NCBI GenBank assembly: GCA_938045545.1
Contig: CALIBN010000007.1
Coordinates: 64,001-128,000 of the forward strand
Direction: 5' to 3'
Length of the DNA stretch: 64,000 nucleotides
From: an uncultured archaeon
GTDB lineage: Archaea; Thermoproteota; EX4484-205; JAAOZP01
Shown: positions 61,586 through 64,000 of the stretch, piece by piece
Position numbering within the stretch: position 1 is the stretch's first letter
Layout: the number at the start of each line of letters is the position of its first letter
Translations under genes and position numbers: made by a program
The notes under the pieces: generated by a model
What the model was told of the DNA's origin: nothing
The model's database searches: none
The model's input: only the letters and a program-made list of their open reading frames with translations

Positions 61586-62862
61586 AACCCATAGGTGCTT
61601 TCATCAGCCTTAAAACTCTGAAAGAGTGTGGAAACAGGCTTCTGGAGGATTACGGGATAGAGTATGCGCATACGCACCTGCCTGTTTTCCCAGACGAGGT
61701 TAAAGAGCTCTACAACGGTGTGAGGTGTCTCCCGGAAAACTTTGAGAAAGAATCCTACAGTGATCTTAAGAGGCTTCTCGAAGAGTTACGCGGAGTAGGC
61801 TTGAAATTCTTCGCCAGCTATCCTGTTTTCAGCAGGCCCGAGATAGCTAGAAGAGGACCCGAGTATTCCGCATGGACCATGCTTGGAAAGCCTCATTATG
61901 CTAGAGCCTGTCCGACAAACCCTGATGTTTTAAGAAGAATAGTCGCGGATCTTCGAAGCCTCGTGAGACTATACGGGGTGGATGGGGTTGTGCTCGACTT
62001 CATCAGGTTTGAAAGCCCAATGGCTGGCTTAGACTATTTTCTAACATGCTTCTGCCCTAGTTGCTGTGAAGAAATGAAGAGCCTAGGTTACGACCCGGTT
62101 TCCATCAAGAGAGACTGGCTAGGCATGATAGACTTCCTTGGCAAGGGAGAGTTTCCTAAGGAGATAGTTAGGCAGGGAACCTTAAGCACGCCGGATGTTC
62201 TGGACCTTTACAATGAGTTTCCAGGGGTGTTTGAATGGTTCAAGTATAGGAGCGAATATATTGAGAACGTTGTTAAGATTTTCTCTTCAGCAGTCAAGGA
62301 GGAAGGTGGTTGTGGAACAGTCATCGGCGCCAATCTTTTATCACCGTGGTGGAGCCTGCTGGCCGGCCAAAACTATAGGGCTCTCAGCCGAATTCTCGAC
62401 ATTGTTGAGCCGATGCTCTATTTTGACTGGATGCAGTGGGAGGGGTTGACAGCGGTCAAGGAGCTCAGCCATACTTACGGCGTCGACAAGGATCTTCTCA
62501 GCAAGTTTTACTACGTGGCTACAGGGTTGAGCACCATAGTTCAGCCACGTAACTACGATGAAACAAGGCTCTCAGGACTACCTTCAAGTTCAATAGAGGC
62601 AGGCCTTATGAAAATCTCCTGCTGGAATGTTGGGGGAGCTAGAATATGGCCGGTCGTGTTGATCCTCCGCACTGACTTCGTGCATCATCTGCTTGGTGAA
62701 CGTATTTCAAACATCTCTATGGCCACTAGAGAGTTCTTTGCGGAGAGTGTTAAGTCGGCGGTACGCGGCCATGCCGACGGGCTAGTATACTGGAACTTTG
62801 ACGGTGCTGAGAAAGATGTTGTACGGGAGCTTTACACTGTTTGGAGGACTGAAAGCCTGTAA
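61582..62862 (+). CDS. GHL10/DUF187-like putative glycoside hydrolase with a Cys (Zn) motif
   Basis: ACPTNP, VDGVVLDFIRF, TCFCPSCC, EWFKYR, GQNY and IVEPMLY. Confidence 0.65.
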   Translation: MKPIGAFISLKTLKECGNRLLEDYGIEYAHTHLPVFPDEVKELYNGVRCLPENFEKESYSDLKRLLEELRGVGLKFFASYPVFSRPEIARRGPEYSAWTMLGKPHYARACPTNPDVLRRIVADLRSLVRLYGVDGVVLDFIRFESPMAGLDYFLTCFCPSCCEEMKSLGYDPVSIKRDWLGMIDFLGKGEFPKEIVRQGTLSTPDVLDLYNEFPGVFEWFKYRSEYIENVVKIFSSAVKEEGGCGTVIGANLLSPWWSLLAGQNYRALSRILDIVEPMLYFDWMQWEGLTAVKELSHTYGVDKDLLSKFYYVATGLSTIVQPRNYDETRLSGLPSSSIEAGLMKISCWNVGGARIWPVVLILRTDFVHHLLGERISNISMATREFFAESVKSAVRGHADGLVYWNFDGAEKDVVRELYTVWRTESL

Positions 62863-62871
62863 GCATAGCTG

Positions 62872-64000
62872 CTAAAGTATTTTTAAAGTGATTATTTCCC
62901 TGTTGCAATAAGTAAACTCTAAGCAATTTCTATATGCCTTAACATCCCTGTCAACCTCGTTTAATTCAAGCAGATCTAGGGATTCTACGCTCCGCACCTT
63001 GGTGGAAAGGTCGATACGCGTCCTACCCCTCGCATTATAGAACTCGTAAAGCCTTAAAACAATACCGTCCCCATCCTCTGCTGCTTTCACAGCCTCCAGC
63101 ATCAGGTTGTCAGAGCCTATTTTCAAGAAGCTTTTACTGTTTTTCTTCCCCGTAACCACCCTCAATGGAACATTGAGCTCGTATGCCCTCCTTAATACTC
63201 CTGCATCCTTCCAGTCTCCAACATGAGGGTATATGGAGTAGGTGAAGACTGTTTCCTCAAGGTCTGTCGAGGGGTCTGGAAAAACAGGTGTTCTTGTGAG
63301 CGAAAGCCCTATTGAAGAGCCTTCTATAGAGACCCCGTATTTCCCATCGTTCAACAACGCTACACCATAGCTGTGCTCAGAAAGATCAACCATTTTCTGC
63401 ATCGCCACCTCGTATTTCGCCTTCTCCCACGAAGTATTCCTAGTTGTAGGTCTTTCAGTAACTCCGAATGGAACGTCTGAAACAGCCTTCTCCGTGTTCA
63501 CGTCGAAGTCAAACCAGGTTTTAACCAGCAGCTCCCTATCCCTCATGTTAATAGTGGTTTTGAAATCAATCCTTCTAGAGTCCGAGAAGATTCTAACCTC
63601 CTGTTTGATCTCAGACCTTCTGAACGGATAAATAAAGCATATGGACACCATTAACGGGCCTTTGCAGGCAATCCAACTCCTCGAGGCAGTTATTTCGAAA
63701 GAGGTTTCCTTATAACCCTTTTCGATATTCCAAGCATCAGCCCACCCCGGGATATTCTCGTAAGCAACAAGCTTGTTCCCAGGGTTTTTCAAAACTTCTC
63801 TACAGGCTTCCTTATCCAATATGGAAATAAGCCTTCCATTTTTCGAAACCCTTATCGTGAAAAACTTGTTCTCAACCAAGTAGGAATCATCTTCCTCCGT
63901 AATCCCCACGTGAGACGCTGGAGCCATGTTGAGCGGGGCATAACCGAGTGAGGGTGCTCTCACCCTCAGCAAGAAGCCTTCGGGAATCTTCTGAGAGCCC
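62872..64000 (-). CDS. GH38 alpha-mannosidase, C-terminal part (5' end outside the window)
   Basis: APSLGY, ENKFF, DAWNI, ELLVK, PFG..ERPT..NTSWEKAKYE, ALLNDGKYG and LRLYE. The frame is open to the window edge. Confidence 0.88.
   Translation of the reverse strand, partial: GSQKIPEGFLLRVRAPSLGYAPLNMAPASHVGITEEDDSYLVENKFFTIRVSKNGRLISILDKEACREVLKNPGNKLVAYENIPGWADAWNIEKGYKETSFEITASRSWIACKGPLMVSICFIYPFRRSEIKQEVRIFSDSRRIDFKTTINMRDRELLVKTWFDFDVNTEKAVSDVPFGVTERPTTRNTSWEKAKYEVAMQKMVDLSEHSYGVALLNDGKYGVSIEGSSIGLSLTRTPVFPDPSTDLEETVFTYSIYPHVGDWKDAGVLRRAYELNVPLRVVTGKKNSKSFLKIGSDNLMLEAVKAAEDGDGIVLRLYEFYNARGRTRIDLSTKVRSVESLDLLELNEVDRDVKAYRNCLEFTYCNREIITLKIL

Noticed and set aside
1-64000. CRISPR arrays, rRNA, tRNA, IS elements or integrases
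   Set aside because: By eye I found no spaced direct repeats, cloverleaf or rRNA signatures, transposase motifs or terminal inverted repeats. A covariance-model scan was not run.

Overview
This 64-kb window looks archaeal: it has TATA/BRE promoters, GGTGA ribosome-binding sites, oligo-T terminators, tungsten-type AORs and an expanded UROD/MtaA family. A heterotrophic anaerobic Thermoproteota lineage such as Brockarchaeota or Bathyarchaeia is plausible, but this is inference only. The region is mainly carbohydrate and aldehyde catabolism. It carries GH2, GH4, GH38, Asp-box sialidase-like, GH17-like and GHL10-like hydrolases, five UROD/MtaA-superfamily genes, LarA, a class II aldolase, two AORs, MFS transporters and several ABC exporters. 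Two features stand out. (1) A three-gene membrane cassette occurs twice (<1-8073 and 41994-50582). It encodes an OPT-like membrane protein, a ~1500-aa fusion of a catalytically dead PA+M28 peptidase-like ectodomain with a MacB/FtsX permease, and a second OPT-like protein. No ATPase or solute-binding protein lies next to it. It is a candidate receptor-coupled oligosaccharide/glycopeptide importer. (2) An operon (32583-37061) encodes a Schiff-base aldolase fused to a 16-Cys polyferredoxin, a paralog lacking the catalytic Lys, a stand-alone pyruvate-kinase C-domain and an AOR. About nine genes are interrupted. I saw no rRNA, tRNA, CRISPR array or IS element. All calls come from motif reading by eye; no database search was run.
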